Below are positions 1-9,932 of a stretch of DNA of 64,000 nucleotides, in pieces (positions within the stretch are counted from its first letter, which is position 1; each line of letters opens with the position of its first letter). Location of the stretch: positions 896,001 through 960,000 of the forward strand of contig CAVSOU010000008.1 of NCBI GenBank assembly GCA_963729625.1. Direction: 5' to 3'. The stretch comes from an uncultured bacterium (GTDB lineage Bacteria; Chloroflexota; UBA5177; JANWHV01). A program made the translations under genes and the position numbers. The notes beneath the pieces are model-generated. The model worked only from the letters and a program-made list of their open reading frames with translations. It ran no database searches and was not told where the DNA came from.

Positions 1-248
1 TGGTCATCGCGGTTGATCAGCGTGCGGCGCGACAAGGGCACGGTAAATCGCTCGTACGGAACGTGCACGTAACTGACGAGGCGGATCACGATCGGGGAAT
101 CAATAGACATCCGCTCAGAGTGCAGCTGCGCAGACCCGTCGACCTCGATCGGCTCAGCTTTCTCCTTGAGGAGGAGAACAATCGCGCGCTGAATGGAGAT
201 GAAGTTTAGTCGCTGGTAGGTGGCATTGAGTACAAGTACGTGGCCCAC
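1..248 (-). CDS. HNH endonuclease family protein (McrA/HNH_5-like), 5' part; runs off the window
   Basis: Read manually on the minus strand from GTG at 248 (GAGAGG upstream): VGHVLVLNATYQRLNFISIQRAIVLLLKEKAE...PIVIRLVSYVHVP...VPLSRRTLINRDD, the typical N-terminus of this family; the HNH motif itself lies beyond the window. Confidence 0.8.
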   Translation of the reverse strand, partial: MGHVLVLNATYQRLNFISIQRAIVLLLKEKAEPIEVDGSAQLHSERMSIDSPIVIRLVSYVHVPYERFTVPLSRRTLINRDD

Positions 249-955
249 CTTCTGCAATTCCTCTCTTACCAGCCAGCAGGGACACCACGGGATCTGGCCC
301 ACGCCCGGCCAGGCTGGCTTTGCCGAAACCCAGTCATTTTGTCAAGTTGTCGACCTCTTCGCGTAGCTCTTTGCCGCGACCTCGTCCATGGAAGACGCTG
401 GATTTCGAACATGTGCCAGATGAAGAAGGTGCCGGCCACAGAGGCCAGGCACCTTCAATGAATGACGACGGACCCCCATATGAGATGGGGTATCTGAACG
501 GCGCCCATGCGCTCATGCCTGCACCCTGTGCCCTTTGCCCGTCCATCGAACTGCGATGCATGGTCGCGCATAGGAATCCTCGTGAGGCGTAGCCCTGAGC
601 CGTCCACAATCTGCACTAATTCTAGGCAGTGGCCCCTTGATGTGTCAATTCGCGCGTCACAGTCTGAAGCGCGCCATTTCCCCTGGCGGCAGAGGTGCCC
701 ATCGGCTACAATGAGCGCAATCAAGCCAACTGCCAGCCGCCTGAACAGCGGAAATCGGTACAGAATCGTCGATTGGGCGCGGCGCAGGCGGTCGGCGACT
801 CTGACAGGAATACCGGAGTGGCGCCGCCACTTGGAAGGCGGCAATCAGGTGAGCATACTGCATCCGAGCGCCGGTGGCGCCGCTAATTCTGACCGAGGTC
901 CGAGGGGCAATGCTGGCTGCCGAGGATCGAATCATAGAGAGGTCTTGCTACCGTT

Positions 956-3322
956 ATGCCGCGCGCCCGTAAGGCTCACATGGCTTCGAATCGGGATGTG
1001 CTCAGGCTCCCGGCGCTGCCGCTGATCAACACTGTCGTTTATCCCCAGGTCGGCATCAGCCTCTACGTCACGCGCGACCCCTCGATCCGTGCGGTGGAGG
1101 AAGCAGCTAACAGGAATCTCTCACTTCTCGTGGTAGCCCAGCGCGACCCCGGGAAGGAAGACGTGACACCGGACGATCTGTACCTCATCGGCACGGAAGC
1201 CACCGTTGGCAGGATCCTCAAGCTCCCGGACGGCCATACAAACGTGCTCGTGCAGGGCGTTCGCCGCGTCCGCATTCTTGGATTCGATCAGCTCAATCCC
1301 TACCTTGTCGCGCGTGTTGAGCCGATCGCGGAGAATCTCGACAAGCCGCTCACGACCGAAGCGCTCATGCGCGCTGTCCTGGCGCTGTTCGACAAGTGTG
1401 TCAAGGCAAGCAAGACGCTTCCCGAAGAGCACTTTATCGCGGCAATGAACGTCGAAGAGCCGGGCAGGTTGGCTGACTTGATTGCCAGCAGCCTGGATCT
1501 CTCTATGGCTCAGCGGCAGGATCTGCTTGAAACGCTTGACCCCGCCGAACGCCTGGAGAAGATCAATATCCACCTGAGCCGCGAGCTGGAGCTGCTCGAT
1601 TTGCAGAATCGCATACACTCGCAAGTCCAGCAGGAGGTCGATAAATCGCAGCGCGAGTTCTTCTTGCGCGAGCAGCTCAAGGCTATTCAGAAAGAGCTCG
1701 GCGAGACCGACAGCTTCACCAAGGACCTTAGCGACCTGCGAGAACGCCTCGACGCGCTGACCCTCCCGGATGACGTGCGCGACAAGGCCACTGTTGAGCT
1801 GCGACGGCTGGCCGCAATGCCGATGGCCTCGCCTGAGGTCGGCATCATCCACACCTATCTGGACTGGCTGATCAATCTTCCATGGAGCGCTGCCACTGAG
1901 GACAAGCTCGACATCCGTGTGGCATCGCGTGTGCTGGACGAGCAACACTATGGGCTGCCGAAAGCCAAAGAGCGGATTCTCGAGTACATGGCCGTCCGGC
2001 AGCTTTCCGCCAGTACTCGGAGCCCCATTCTCTGTTTTGTGGGGCCGCCGGGCGTCGGCAAGACCAGCCTGGGCAAGTCAATCGCTCAGGCCCTGGGGCG
2101 CAAGTTCGTCCGCATCTCCCTTGGCGGTGTACACGACGAGGCAGAAATCCGTGGCCATCGCCGCACGTATATCGGCGCGCTGCCCGGCCGCATCGTACAG
2201 ACCATGCGACAGGCCGCAATGATCAATCCAGTCTTCATGCTGGATGAAATCGACAAGCTGGGTGCCGATTTCCGTGGCGACCCTTCGGCCGCCCTGCTCG
2301 AGGTCCTCGATCCGGAGCAGAATCACGCGTTCTCCGACCACTACCTGGACGTTCCGTACAACCTTTCGAAGGTGCTGTTTGTCTGCACCGCCAACATGCT
2401 GGATAACGTTCCACCAGCTCTGCGTGACCGGCTTGAGGTCATTGAGCTCGCCGGATACATCGAAGAAGAAAAGATTCACATCGCGGAGAAGTTCCTGGTG
2501 CCTCGCCAGCGCGCGGATCACGGTCTGCCTGAGAAGGTGCGATTCACACCCGCCGCGCTGCGACGCATCGTGCGGGAGTACACGCACGAGGCCGGCGTCC
2601 GCAATCTCGAGCGCGAGATCGCGACGATAGCGCGCAAAGTGGCGCGGTCAATCGCCGAGGGCCGGAAGGGAATCTCGGTTATTGGTCAGCGGGCCATCGA
2701 ACGTTATCTCGGCCCGCCGCGGTTCAGTTACGGCTTGGCGGAAGAGCAGGACGAGATTGGCGTCGCGACAGGCGTGGCCGTGACCGGAGCCGGCGGTGAT
2801 CTCATCGCCGTGGAGGTGGCGCTTGTTCCTGGGAAAGGCGCCATGATCCTGACCGGTCAGCTTGGGGATGTGATGCGCGAATCTGCTCAGGCAGCGCTGA
2901 GTTATGCGCGGTCACGCTCGAAAGAGCTGGGATTGGACGACAAATTCTATGAATCGTATGACGTCCACATCCACATACCTGCCGGCGCAGTACCCAAGGA
3001 TGGACCGTCGGCGGGCATCACCATGGCCACGGCCCTCATCTCGGCGCTCACCCACAGGCCGGTGTACAGGCACCTGGCCATGACGGGGGAGATTACCCTG
3101 CGCGGTCAGGTGCTACCCGTCGGCGGCCTCAAGGAGAAGGTGCTTGCCGCGCATCGCGCAGGGCTAACGACATTTGTGGCACCATCAAAGAATCAGAAGG
3201 ACCTACCGGACGTGCCTCGAGATGTTCAGCGCGATTTGCGTATCATATTTGTCGATCACATGGACAAGGTGTTACCGCTCGCGCTTGGGGATCATGTGGG
3301 TCTTAAAGTCGTGAAAGGCTAA
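956..3322 (+). CDS. lon: ATP-dependent Lon protease
   Basis: LON N-domain, Walker [10 protein letters not shown], Walker [20 protein letters not shown], catalytic PKDGPSAG and downstream Lys (GGLKEK). Start may be 980. Confidence 0.97.
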   Translation: MPRARKAHMASNRDVLRLPALPLINTVVYPQVGISLYVTRDPSIRAVEEAANRNLSLLVVAQRDPGKEDVTPDDLYLIGTEATVGRILKLPDGHTNVLVQGVRRVRILGFDQLNPYLVARVEPIAENLDKPLTTEALMRAVLALFDKCVKASKTLPEEHFIAAMNVEEPGRLADLIASSLDLSMAQRQDLLETLDPAERLEKINIHLSRELELLDLQNRIHSQVQQEVDKSQREFFLREQLKAIQKELGETDSFTKDLSDLRERLDALTLPDDVRDKATVELRRLAAMPMASPEVGIIHTYLDWLINLPWSAATEDKLDIRVASRVLDEQHYGLPKAKERILEYMAVRQLSASTRSPILCFVGPPGVGKTSLGKSIAQALGRKFVRISLGGVHDEAEIRGHRRTYIGALPGRIVQTMRQAAMINPVFMLDEIDKLGADFRGDPSAALLEVLDPEQNHAFSDHYLDVPYNLSKVLFVCTANMLDNVPPALRDRLEVIELAGYIEEEKIHIAEKFLVPRQRADHGLPEKVRFTPAALRRIVREYTHEAGVRNLEREIATIARKVARSIAEGRKGISVIGQRAIERYLGPPRFSYGLAEEQDEIGVATGVAVTGAGGDLIAVEVALVPGKGAMILTGQLGDVMRESAQAALSYARSRSKELGLDDKFYESYDVHIHIPAGAVPKDGPSAGITMATALISALTHRPVYRHLAMTGEITLRGQVLPVGGLKEKVLAAHRAGLTTFVAPSKNQKDLPDVPRDVQRDLRIIFVDHMDKVLPLALGDHVGLKVVKG

Positions 3323-3507
3323 GTCTGGTATTTTCGCCCAGGGGGCCCGGAGGGTATACTGAAGGGCAATCTTCCGACACAAGGTACACCGGAGATCCAG
3401 GCACTAAGGCACGGTTTCAGGGATGCTGCGTTCCTATAGCGCGTTTTCGCTGCATGGGCATGGCATCGGTACGGCGCACAGTCTTTGACGGTGTTGAGGA
3501 GGAGTGC

Positions 3508-4032
3508 ATGGCAGTTGAATCGGTGCGACCTTCCACGACGGTCAGCCGCAATCGGTTCATGGTGGCCGTCTTAGGGGGAATCAGCACGCTCATTGGCCTG
3601 TTCTATGTCGGCGCGCTGCTCAGGTACCTCTACCCAAAGAACACGGACGAGCCGGCTCAGCCGGTTACTCTCTCGAGCCAGGGAGTGACCGATCCCAATA
3701 CCAAGGAGCTGCTGGCATTCCAGAACGGCGTAGCCGGACCCTTCAATCATCCGACGGTTCCCGATGGAAGCGTTGTGGTCGGACTCTTCGTCGAGAAGAT
3801 CGATGCCAACGGCGCGCTTACGGAAGACAACATTCGTGTGGTCGAGCAGACATGCACGCATCTCGGGTGTCCGGTTGCCTGGGCGCCCAAGGATAATCGC
3901 TTCGAGTGCCCGTGCCATGGCAGCCAGTTCAACCGCGACCTCTCGGTCTACCATGGACCGGCCGCCGATTCACTTCATGCGCACCACTTCACTCTGGGCA
4001 ACGGCACGATCACCATAACGGGGAGGGTATAG
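3508..4032 (+). CDS. qcrA: Rieske iron-sulfur subunit of a Rieske/cytochrome b complex
   Basis: CTHLGC and CPCHGSQF boxes; N-terminal Tat-like SRNRFM plus TM helix; GAGGAGG RBS before ATG 3508. Confidence 0.92.
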   Translation: MAVESVRPSTTVSRNRFMVAVLGGISTLIGLFYVGALLRYLYPKNTDEPAQPVTLSSQGVTDPNTKELLAFQNGVAGPFNHPTVPDGSVVVGLFVEKIDANGALTEDNIRVVEQTCTHLGCPVAWAPKDNRFECPCHGSQFNRDLSVYHGPAADSLHAHHFTLGNGTITITGRV

Positions 4033-4039
4033 GTCGAGA

Positions 4040-4801
4040 ATGGCACGCCAAGCTCGCATCAACCCCGCGATGCGCTGGGTCGACGATCGGTTGCACGTGG
4101 CCGGGGTCATAGACGCCGCGCTGAGCCACCCGGTGCCCAAGCGGGTGCATCCTCTGGATTATCTTGGTGAGTCGACGCTCTTCGTGTTCATCAACCAGAT
4201 GGTCACTGGAATCCTGCTGGCGATGTTCTACAACGCATCGGCTCATACGCCGTATTCTTACGATCCCAGCACGGGGAAGGCGGCGCCGACCATCGCATGG
4301 AACAGCATCAATCACATCATGAACGACGTCCCGCTTGGATCGCTGATCCGCAGCATGCACTACTGGGGCAACTACTTTATGGTCGTACTGGTCTTCGCCC
4401 ATATGCTGCGCGGCTTCTATGGCGGCGCCTATAAGTATCCGCGCGAGCTCACCTGGCTGACCGGCGTGGCTTTGCTGCTGGTCACTTTGGGTTTCGCTTT
4501 CACGGGCTACTTGCTGCCCTGGGACCAGAAGGCATACTGGGCCACTCAGGTGGGCGTCAATATCGGGGCGACCGCGCCGATTCTGGGCCCGACCATCGGC
4601 CTGCTGCTGCGCGGCGGCCCCACGCTCAACGGCGACACCTTGACGCGGTTCTTTGCCATTCACATGCTGGTGTTGCCGGCGTTGATCGTGACGCTGATAG
4701 GCGTGCACATACTGCTTACCAATATCCAGGGCGTAAGCGAGGCCGATGGTCTCGTGCTGGAAGGCGACGAGGCGGTGGTGCATGAAGGAGGGCGTCACTG
4801 A
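4040..4801 (+). CDS. qcrB: Cytochrome b6-type subunit (N-terminal half of split cytochrome b)
   Basis: RSMHYWG...FAHMLRGF, YKYPRELTW, GYLLPWDQKAYWA, TLTRFFAIH...IGVH: four haem-ligand His residues. Confidence 0.93.
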   Translation: MARQARINPAMRWVDDRLHVAGVIDAALSHPVPKRVHPLDYLGESTLFVFINQMVTGILLAMFYNASAHTPYSYDPSTGKAAPTIAWNSINHIMNDVPLGSLIRSMHYWGNYFMVVLVFAHMLRGFYGGAYKYPRELTWLTGVALLLVTLGFAFTGYLLPWDQKAYWATQVGVNIGATAPILGPTIGLLLRGGPTLNGDTLTRFFAIHMLVLPALIVTLIGVHILLTNIQGVSEADGLVLEGDEAVVHEGGRH

Positions 4802-4803
4802 GC

Positions 4804-6063
4804 ATGGATAACTCGCCCGCGCCGCGCGGCATGCGGCCGCCCGACAAGAAACCGGTACGCATTACCGTTCCGGAGCGCCAGCATTCGCGCTACGGCGATC
4901 CGTTCTTTCCCAAGGTGCCGTTCCAGGCAATGTTCTACATCACCGCAATCTTTGCCGCGCTCCTCTTCCTGGCGATCACCAACCCGGCGCCGCTCCAGGA
5001 TCCGGCGGATCCGCTGAACCACGCGGCTATCGATCCGAAGCCCGAATGGTACTTCATGTTCTTGTTCCAGCTTCTGAAGTACTTCCCGGGCATATGGGTG
5101 CCTGTTGGCACGGTGGTCATTCCAACCATAATTGTTCTCCTGCTGCTGTTCCTGCCGTTCTACGACACGAACTGGGCGCGGAAGATAGTGCGCAGACCAG
5201 TTGCGCTCCTCTCGATGACCGCAGGCATGATCGGTGTCATGGTCCTGACGTGGGGCGGCCTTGGCTTCCCCAAGCCCAGCTTTGTGACCACCAGTACCGT
5301 GGCCACCGGAACGTCCGGGGCCGGGGCGGCAGACAAGTGGCAGAAGGTGACGCATATCTTTCAAGCGCGCTGCGCGACGTGCCACATCTCCACCAATTCC
5401 GGCGGGCTCAAGCTCGATAGCTACGCGTCGCTGCTGGCAGGCGGCACGGTTGTCCCCGGTTCGGTGATCGTGCCCGGCGACCACGCGAAGAGCATTTTGT
5501 GGCAGATTACCAGCACGGCCGGCCCGTGGCCCGGTGGTCAGCGCATGCCGTTTGGCGGCCCGTACCTGTCGACATCCGACGAGGCAACCATCGCGTCCTG
5601 GATCGACGGTCTCAAATCGTCTGGCGGGGCAAAGTCCTCTGGTGGCACTGCGCCGGCGACTGGGTCTACGCCTGCCGGCGCCGCTGCATCGACCGCCGTC
5701 TCTTCGGCGACGAGCGGCGCGACCGGTGGCGGATCGACGCCGGCAGCGGCCGGAAGTACAGTGTCGTTCAAGACGGACATCCAGTCGATCTTCCAGTCGC
5801 AATGCTCCGTCTGCCATATCCAGTCGGTAAATGGAGGCCTCAGTCTCAGAAGCTACGATACGCTGATGAAAGGGAGCACCAGCCTGCCAGGCACAGTGGT
5901 GAAGCCCGGCGATCACGCGAACAGCATCTTGTGGCAGATCACGCAACCGAACGGGCCGTGGCCAGGCAGCGCGCGAATGCCGTTCAGCGGACCTCCCTAC
6001 TTGTCGCCCGCGCAGATCGCCTCCATCGCGGCCTGGATCGATCAGGGTGCGAAGAATAACTGA
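4804..6063 (+). CDS. qcrC: Subunit IV (PEWY) fused to two c-type cytochrome domains
   Basis: PKPEWYF Qo motif and 3 TM helices, then two similar domains with CATCH and CSVCH, each followed by GGL.L.SY..L..G and RMPF.GP; Ser/Thr/Gly/Ala linker between them. Confidence 0.88.
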   Translation: MDNSPAPRGMRPPDKKPVRITVPERQHSRYGDPFFPKVPFQAMFYITAIFAALLFLAITNPAPLQDPADPLNHAAIDPKPEWYFMFLFQLLKYFPGIWVPVGTVVIPTIIVLLLLFLPFYDTNWARKIVRRPVALLSMTAGMIGVMVLTWGGLGFPKPSFVTTSTVATGTSGAGAADKWQKVTHIFQARCATCHISTNSGGLKLDSYASLLAGGTVVPGSVIVPGDHAKSILWQITSTAGPWPGGQRMPFGGPYLSTSDEATIASWIDGLKSSGGAKSSGGTAPATGSTPAGAAASTAVSSATSGATGGGSTPAAAGSTVSFKTDIQSIFQSQCSVCHIQSVNGGLSLRSYDTLMKGSTSLPGTVVKPGDHANSILWQITQPNGPWPGSARMPFSGPPYLSPAQIASIAAWIDQGAKNN

Positions 6064-6069
6064 GGGCGA

Positions 6070-6318
6070 GTGGGGATGGCTGCTTCGAAGACGGACCGGC
6101 GCGCGATGGTGGTCACGGGGTGGGTAATGACCGTCATTGGATCGGGAACCGTGCTGTTCTGGGTGCTGTACGAAGCCGCGATGGACTTCGGTAATGCGCC
6201 TTTGCCGACGCTGGTGGGCGTGCTGGTGGTGCTCGGGCTGTTATGCCTTTTGGTGCCGCTGCCGCTCTGGCTCGCCACCCGGCGCGCCCGCGCGAGGAAG
6301 AGCCCAATCCACCAGTGA
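6070..6318 (+). CDS. Small two-TM membrane protein, last gene of the qcr operon
   Basis: Starts 6 nt after the qcrC stop; two hydrophobic segments. Confidence 0.65.
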   Translation: MGMAASKTDRRAMVVTGWVMTVIGSGTVLFWVLYEAAMDFGNAPLPTLVGVLVVLGLLCLLVPLPLWLATRRARARKSPIHQ

Positions 6319-6382
6319 CATGAGGGCGGTGCCTGAGCGGCCTCAACTGGGGGTCGATTCTACGGAATTCGTGCTCAGGCCG

Positions 6383-6417
6383 GCATCTGGCCCCACCTCG
6401 AGGCAGGGGCCAGATGC
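6383..6417. terminator. GC-rich hairpin between convergent genes
   Basis: GCATCTGGCCCC-N11-GGGGCCAGATGC perfect 12-bp inverted repeat; no U-tract. Confidence 0.55.
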
Positions 6418-6429
6418 ACACGCCGCGTG

Positions 6430-7242
6430 TCAGCTATCGAGATTGTCGTCGTAGGTGTCGCCGAGGTCGTCCGCATCCCCACTGTCGTCCGGCTCGGCCT
6501 CGTAGGCGCCGTACGCATCTTCCTCGTCTTCGATCATGCGATCTTGCCGCACCAGAGTGTCCTTAGTGTAGGGCTTGAACCCGCTGCTGGTCTCGGGTGG
6601 GAAGGAAACACGCCCAGTCAGCTGCGGCGCTTGGTGGGTCTCGCGGAGCATAACACGTATGTAGCGGCCCTCAATGCGAACAACCGCGGCTTCGTACTGA
6701 TTGCCGCCGCCTATCAACTCGACCAGTCGCGCGCTGAGCTTGCCGTCGAGCATGCCCAGCTCCTGGCCACTTGTCGTATAGACCGCGATGAGATCTCCGT
6801 GTGGCTCCAGCTTCACGCGATCGCCGGCTGATAGCTTGGCCACGACCTCCTTGGGGACCGCCGTGAAGATCGATCGCGCAACCGTCTTGCCCGTTTCTTC
6901 GATGAAGAAGCGCGCGTCGACGGAATCATGGCGGTCGCGAGAAACCGGCAACACGTCTTCCCTGATCAGGCTCAAGCGCTCGGCGTTGCGCTTGGCAATT
7001 GCGTTGCCCGGCTCGATGCGCAGGGCATGCGCATACGCTTCACGCGCGTCGCCAATGCGTCCGAGCTCGGCATAGGACTTCCCGAGACGATTCCAGGCTT
7101 CGACGTCGGGCTCGAACAACTCGACGAGCTTCCTATTCTTTTCCGCGGCCTCTTCCCACGAATTGCTCATGGCCGCTTTTATCGACTCTTCAATCACCCT
7201 GCGCCGGTTACGTTGGCGCTCTTCCTGCTGCAGCTCATTCAT
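6430..7242 (-). CDS. TPR protein with C-terminal HIRAN-like beta domain and acidic tail
   Basis: WEEAAEKN...VEAWNRLGKSYAELG...AYAHALRIEPGNAIAKRN (TPR) and FFIEETGKT motif; start placed at MNELQQ. Confidence 0.8.
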   Translation of the reverse strand: MNELQQEERQRNRRRVIEESIKAAMSNSWEEAAEKNRKLVELFEPDVEAWNRLGKSYAELGRIGDAREAYAHALRIEPGNAIAKRNAERLSLIREDVLPVSRDRHDSVDARFFIEETGKTVARSIFTAVPKEVVAKLSAGDRVKLEPHGDLIAVYTTSGQELGMLDGKLSARLVELIGGGNQYEAAVVRIEGRYIRVMLRETHQAPQLTGRVSFPPETSSGFKPYTKDTLVRQDRMIEDEEDAYGAYEAEPDDSGDADDLGDTYDDNLDS

Positions 7243-7416
7243 TTCTGTATGATGTGTCCTTTCGTCACCATCACATAGGATACCTGCACCGAACGATCCG
7301 GTGGGCACACGGTGTTGCGAGTCGCCTCGCGCCGCGGTGTCCGTTATCCCCCCGTTCGACCACTGCACCGAGGTCGCGCAGCGCGGAAGCCTACTTCCTG
7401 TCGGACAAACGGTCCT

Positions 7417-8706
7417 CTACGCTGGGACTGCCTGGAGCGCCCATGGGCTTGTCTTCACCACGCGGGCGCGCACCAGCCGTCCACGAAGCATCTCCACACC
7501 TCGAGGCATATAGACAAGCTTGCCAGACCGCGTGCGCCCCCGCCATTGCGGCGTATCTTTGCGTGCCGATTGCGCGTCCTCGATCAGCGCCTCCACGGTC
7601 GTGTCCAGGAAAGCCGCGTTCCGGCGCGCGGCTATCGGCTCCTGAAGCGCCTCGACGCGATGGAGCCGCTCCTCCTTGACTTCTTGCGGAATGTCGTCAT
7701 CCCAGGTGGCGGAGACTGTGCCCTCGCGCGGCGAATAGCACGCCGTATGCACTTTGTCGAATTCGCATGCCGCGAGCACGGAGAGCGTTTGTTGGAATTG
7801 TGCTTCCGTCTCACCGGGGAATCCCACGATGATATCAGTCGACAGCGCGACCCCAGGCACGGACGCTCTTATGCGCTCAGCGAGCTCCACGCATGCGGCG
7901 CCGGTGTATCCTCGCCGCATTCGGCGCAGCACGACGTCGTCGCCTGACTGGATCGCTACGTGAATGTGCTCGCATACGCGGGATAGCCGCGCGACCGCCT
8001 CGATCAATCGCTGGTCCATGTTGCGTGGATGTGAGGTCATGAAGCGCACGCGCTCGAGCCCGGGCACCGCATCGACAGCTTGGAGCAGATCGGCGAGGTG
8101 ACTGCGGTCCGGAAGGTCGCGCCCGTAGGTGTCGATGTTCTGGCCGAGAAGCGTCACTTCCTTCACGCCGCGCGTGACAAAGGCCGCGACATCTTCCACC
8201 ACGTCTTCCACCGGCCTGCTACGTTCTCGACCTCGCCGGTACGGGACGATACAGAACGTGCAGAACTTGTTGCAGCCCTGCATGACGGTGAGATAGGTGC
8301 TGACTGGCTGCTCGTAACTCATGACGGGTTCCTGTACGAGTGGAAGACCTGTAATCTCCCGCGCCTCGAGCTGGCTCAAAAAGTGGTCGATCGCGCCCGG
8401 CCGAAAAAAGAAGTCCACCATGGGTAGCTTTCGCTCCATGGCCGCGAGGTCCGGCTCGACGGAGCAGCCCGTCAGCGCGATCATCAAGTCGGGATCGTAC
8501 CGTTTACGATACGCCAGCGCGCCGAGCTGGCCTTGCACACGCTGCTCGGCGCTCTCGCGCACCGTGCAGGAATTGAGTATGACCAGGTCGGCGTCTTCGA
8601 GCGAGGCGACAGGCTTCAGGCCGCGTTTCCGCAGGGCAAGAGAAATCGCCGCACTCTCGGCTACGTTCATCTGGCAGCCGATTGTCCAGACATGAAAACG
8701 GTGCAT
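7417..8706 (-). CDS. miaB: tRNA-2-methylthio-N6-dimethylallyladenosine synthase MiaB
   Basis: GCQMN, NSCTVRE, radical SAM CNKFCTFC, RFMTSHP, DIIVGFPGET, YSPREGT and C-terminal TRAM domain. Confidence 0.95.
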   Translation of the reverse strand: MHRFHVWTIGCQMNVAESAAISLALRKRGLKPVASLEDADLVILNSCTVRESAEQRVQGQLGALAYRKRYDPDLMIALTGCSVEPDLAAMERKLPMVDFFFRPGAIDHFLSQLEAREITGLPLVQEPVMSYEQPVSTYLTVMQGCNKFCTFCIVPYRRGRERSRPVEDVVEDVAAFVTRGVKEVTLLGQNIDTYGRDLPDRSHLADLLQAVDAVPGLERVRFMTSHPRNMDQRLIEAVARLSRVCEHIHVAIQSGDDVVLRRMRRGYTGAACVELAERIRASVPGVALSTDIIVGFPGETEAQFQQTLSVLAACEFDKVHTACYSPREGTVSATWDDDIPQEVKEERLHRVEALQEPIAARRNAAFLDTTVEALIEDAQSARKDTPQWRGRTRSGKLVYMPRGVEMLRGRLVRARVVKTSPWALQAVPA

Positions 8707-8803
8707 GTGCGCGCTTGCCGCCCCTCCAGAATGTACAACGATGCTAACGGCATCACATTATGTTGTCAACCAGCCACGGTATACTGCACCCATCTGGACG
8801 CTC

Positions 8804-9697
8804 ATGTCGGACCTACTCGGGAGCGCCTCGTTGAACAATGAGCTCGAGTGCTGGAGTGCGTGGCTGCTACAGTCGCGTCTTCGCGGACCTCGCGGGAAAG
8901 ATACACTCGATTTTCTCACCTCGATTCGCGATCGAGTTTTGGACCGTGCGCAACTTAGCCCGGGCGACTACGTACTTGATATCGGGTCGGGCTATGGACT
9001 GCTTGCTTTCGGCGCACTCCACCGTGTCGGTAACGCTGGTCTGGTAGTCGTCGACGACATTTCGCAAGAGGTGCTGGACGAGTGCGCGCGGATTGCGGAC
9101 GCCGCCCAGGTCGCGCATCGGATGCGCTTCATTCGTAACAGCGCTGTGGAGCTTGCAGACGTACCCGATGCGTCGATCGACGCGGTTCTCACGCGCTCGG
9201 TGCTCATGTACGTGCACGATAAGCGCTCCGTAGTCGCAGAGATTCGCCGCGTGCTGCGCCCAGGCGGACGTATCTCACTGTTCGAGCCCGTCACCACGGT
9301 TGCAATGGATAGACCACTGTTCGGCGTCGATCCCGGGCCCGTTGCCGATCTTGCCGCTCGTGTCGAGGATGCTCTCGATGCATCACAGGGCTCGGACCCC
9401 TCCGTCGCGCCGGACTCCGACGAGCGCGAACTCTTTCGTCTCTTTGACGGAGCGGCGTTCTCGCGCCTGGATCTTGAGCTCCACCTTGGACTTCGGCGCG
9501 AGCGCAAAGACGGACACTGGTTTGACGCCATGCTGGACGGCGGCGTCCACTCGCACGCGGGCACCCTGCGGGAAGCCGTCGAAAAGGCGCTCAGCCCTGA
9601 GGACGCCGATCGCTACCTTGACTACTATCGGCACGCTGCGTCTGGCGCGGGTGTTGCAATACGACACGCTTATGTGTACTTGAGCGGGTGCATCTGA
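8804..9697 (+). CDS. Class I SAM-dependent methyltransferase
   Basis: VLDIGSGYG motif I, DDIS, DASIDAVLTRSVL, RVLRPGGRI. Start uncertain (8804 or TTG 8831); ORF-track start 8705 overlaps the miaB start. Confidence 0.85.
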   Translation: MSDLLGSASLNNELECWSAWLLQSRLRGPRGKDTLDFLTSIRDRVLDRAQLSPGDYVLDIGSGYGLLAFGALHRVGNAGLVVVDDISQEVLDECARIADAAQVAHRMRFIRNSAVELADVPDASIDAVLTRSVLMYVHDKRSVVAEIRRVLRPGGRISLFEPVTTVAMDRPLFGVDPGPVADLAARVEDALDASQGSDPSVAPDSDERELFRLFDGAAFSRLDLELHLGLRRERKDGHWFDAMLDGGVHSHAGTLREAVEKALSPEDADRYLDYYRHAASGAGVAIRHAYVYLSGCI

Positions 9698-9777
9698 CGC
9701 GCCGGCGACCGCGTCCGAATCGCGCGTTTCGGTCGCAATGGACTGCTTGAAGCCGGTATCGCTGAAGAATAGGGGTG

Positions 9778-9786
9778 TGCTATAAT
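9778..9786 (+). promoter_or_regulatory. Extended -10 promoter element (TGC-TATAAT) upstream of the vWA operon
   Basis: Perfect TGnTATAAT about 150 nt before ATG 9933. Confidence 0.55.
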
Positions 9787-9932
9787 CGAACCGCCCAGAG
9801 CATGGGCAGTGCCACGGCTCTTGGCTGGAAGCGAGACGTCGTCCCCTGTGCATTTGAGTTATCCGGTGTGACATGACTCCGGAATGGTCGCTCAAGTCGT
9901 GCAGTGCTACCTGTAAGGAGAGCTGATCCTCC

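Noticed and set aside
249-955. Short overlapping ORFs between the HNH gene and lon (possible Hsp20 or ncRNA)
   Set aside because: No recognisable motifs in any frame and no RNA family I can support.
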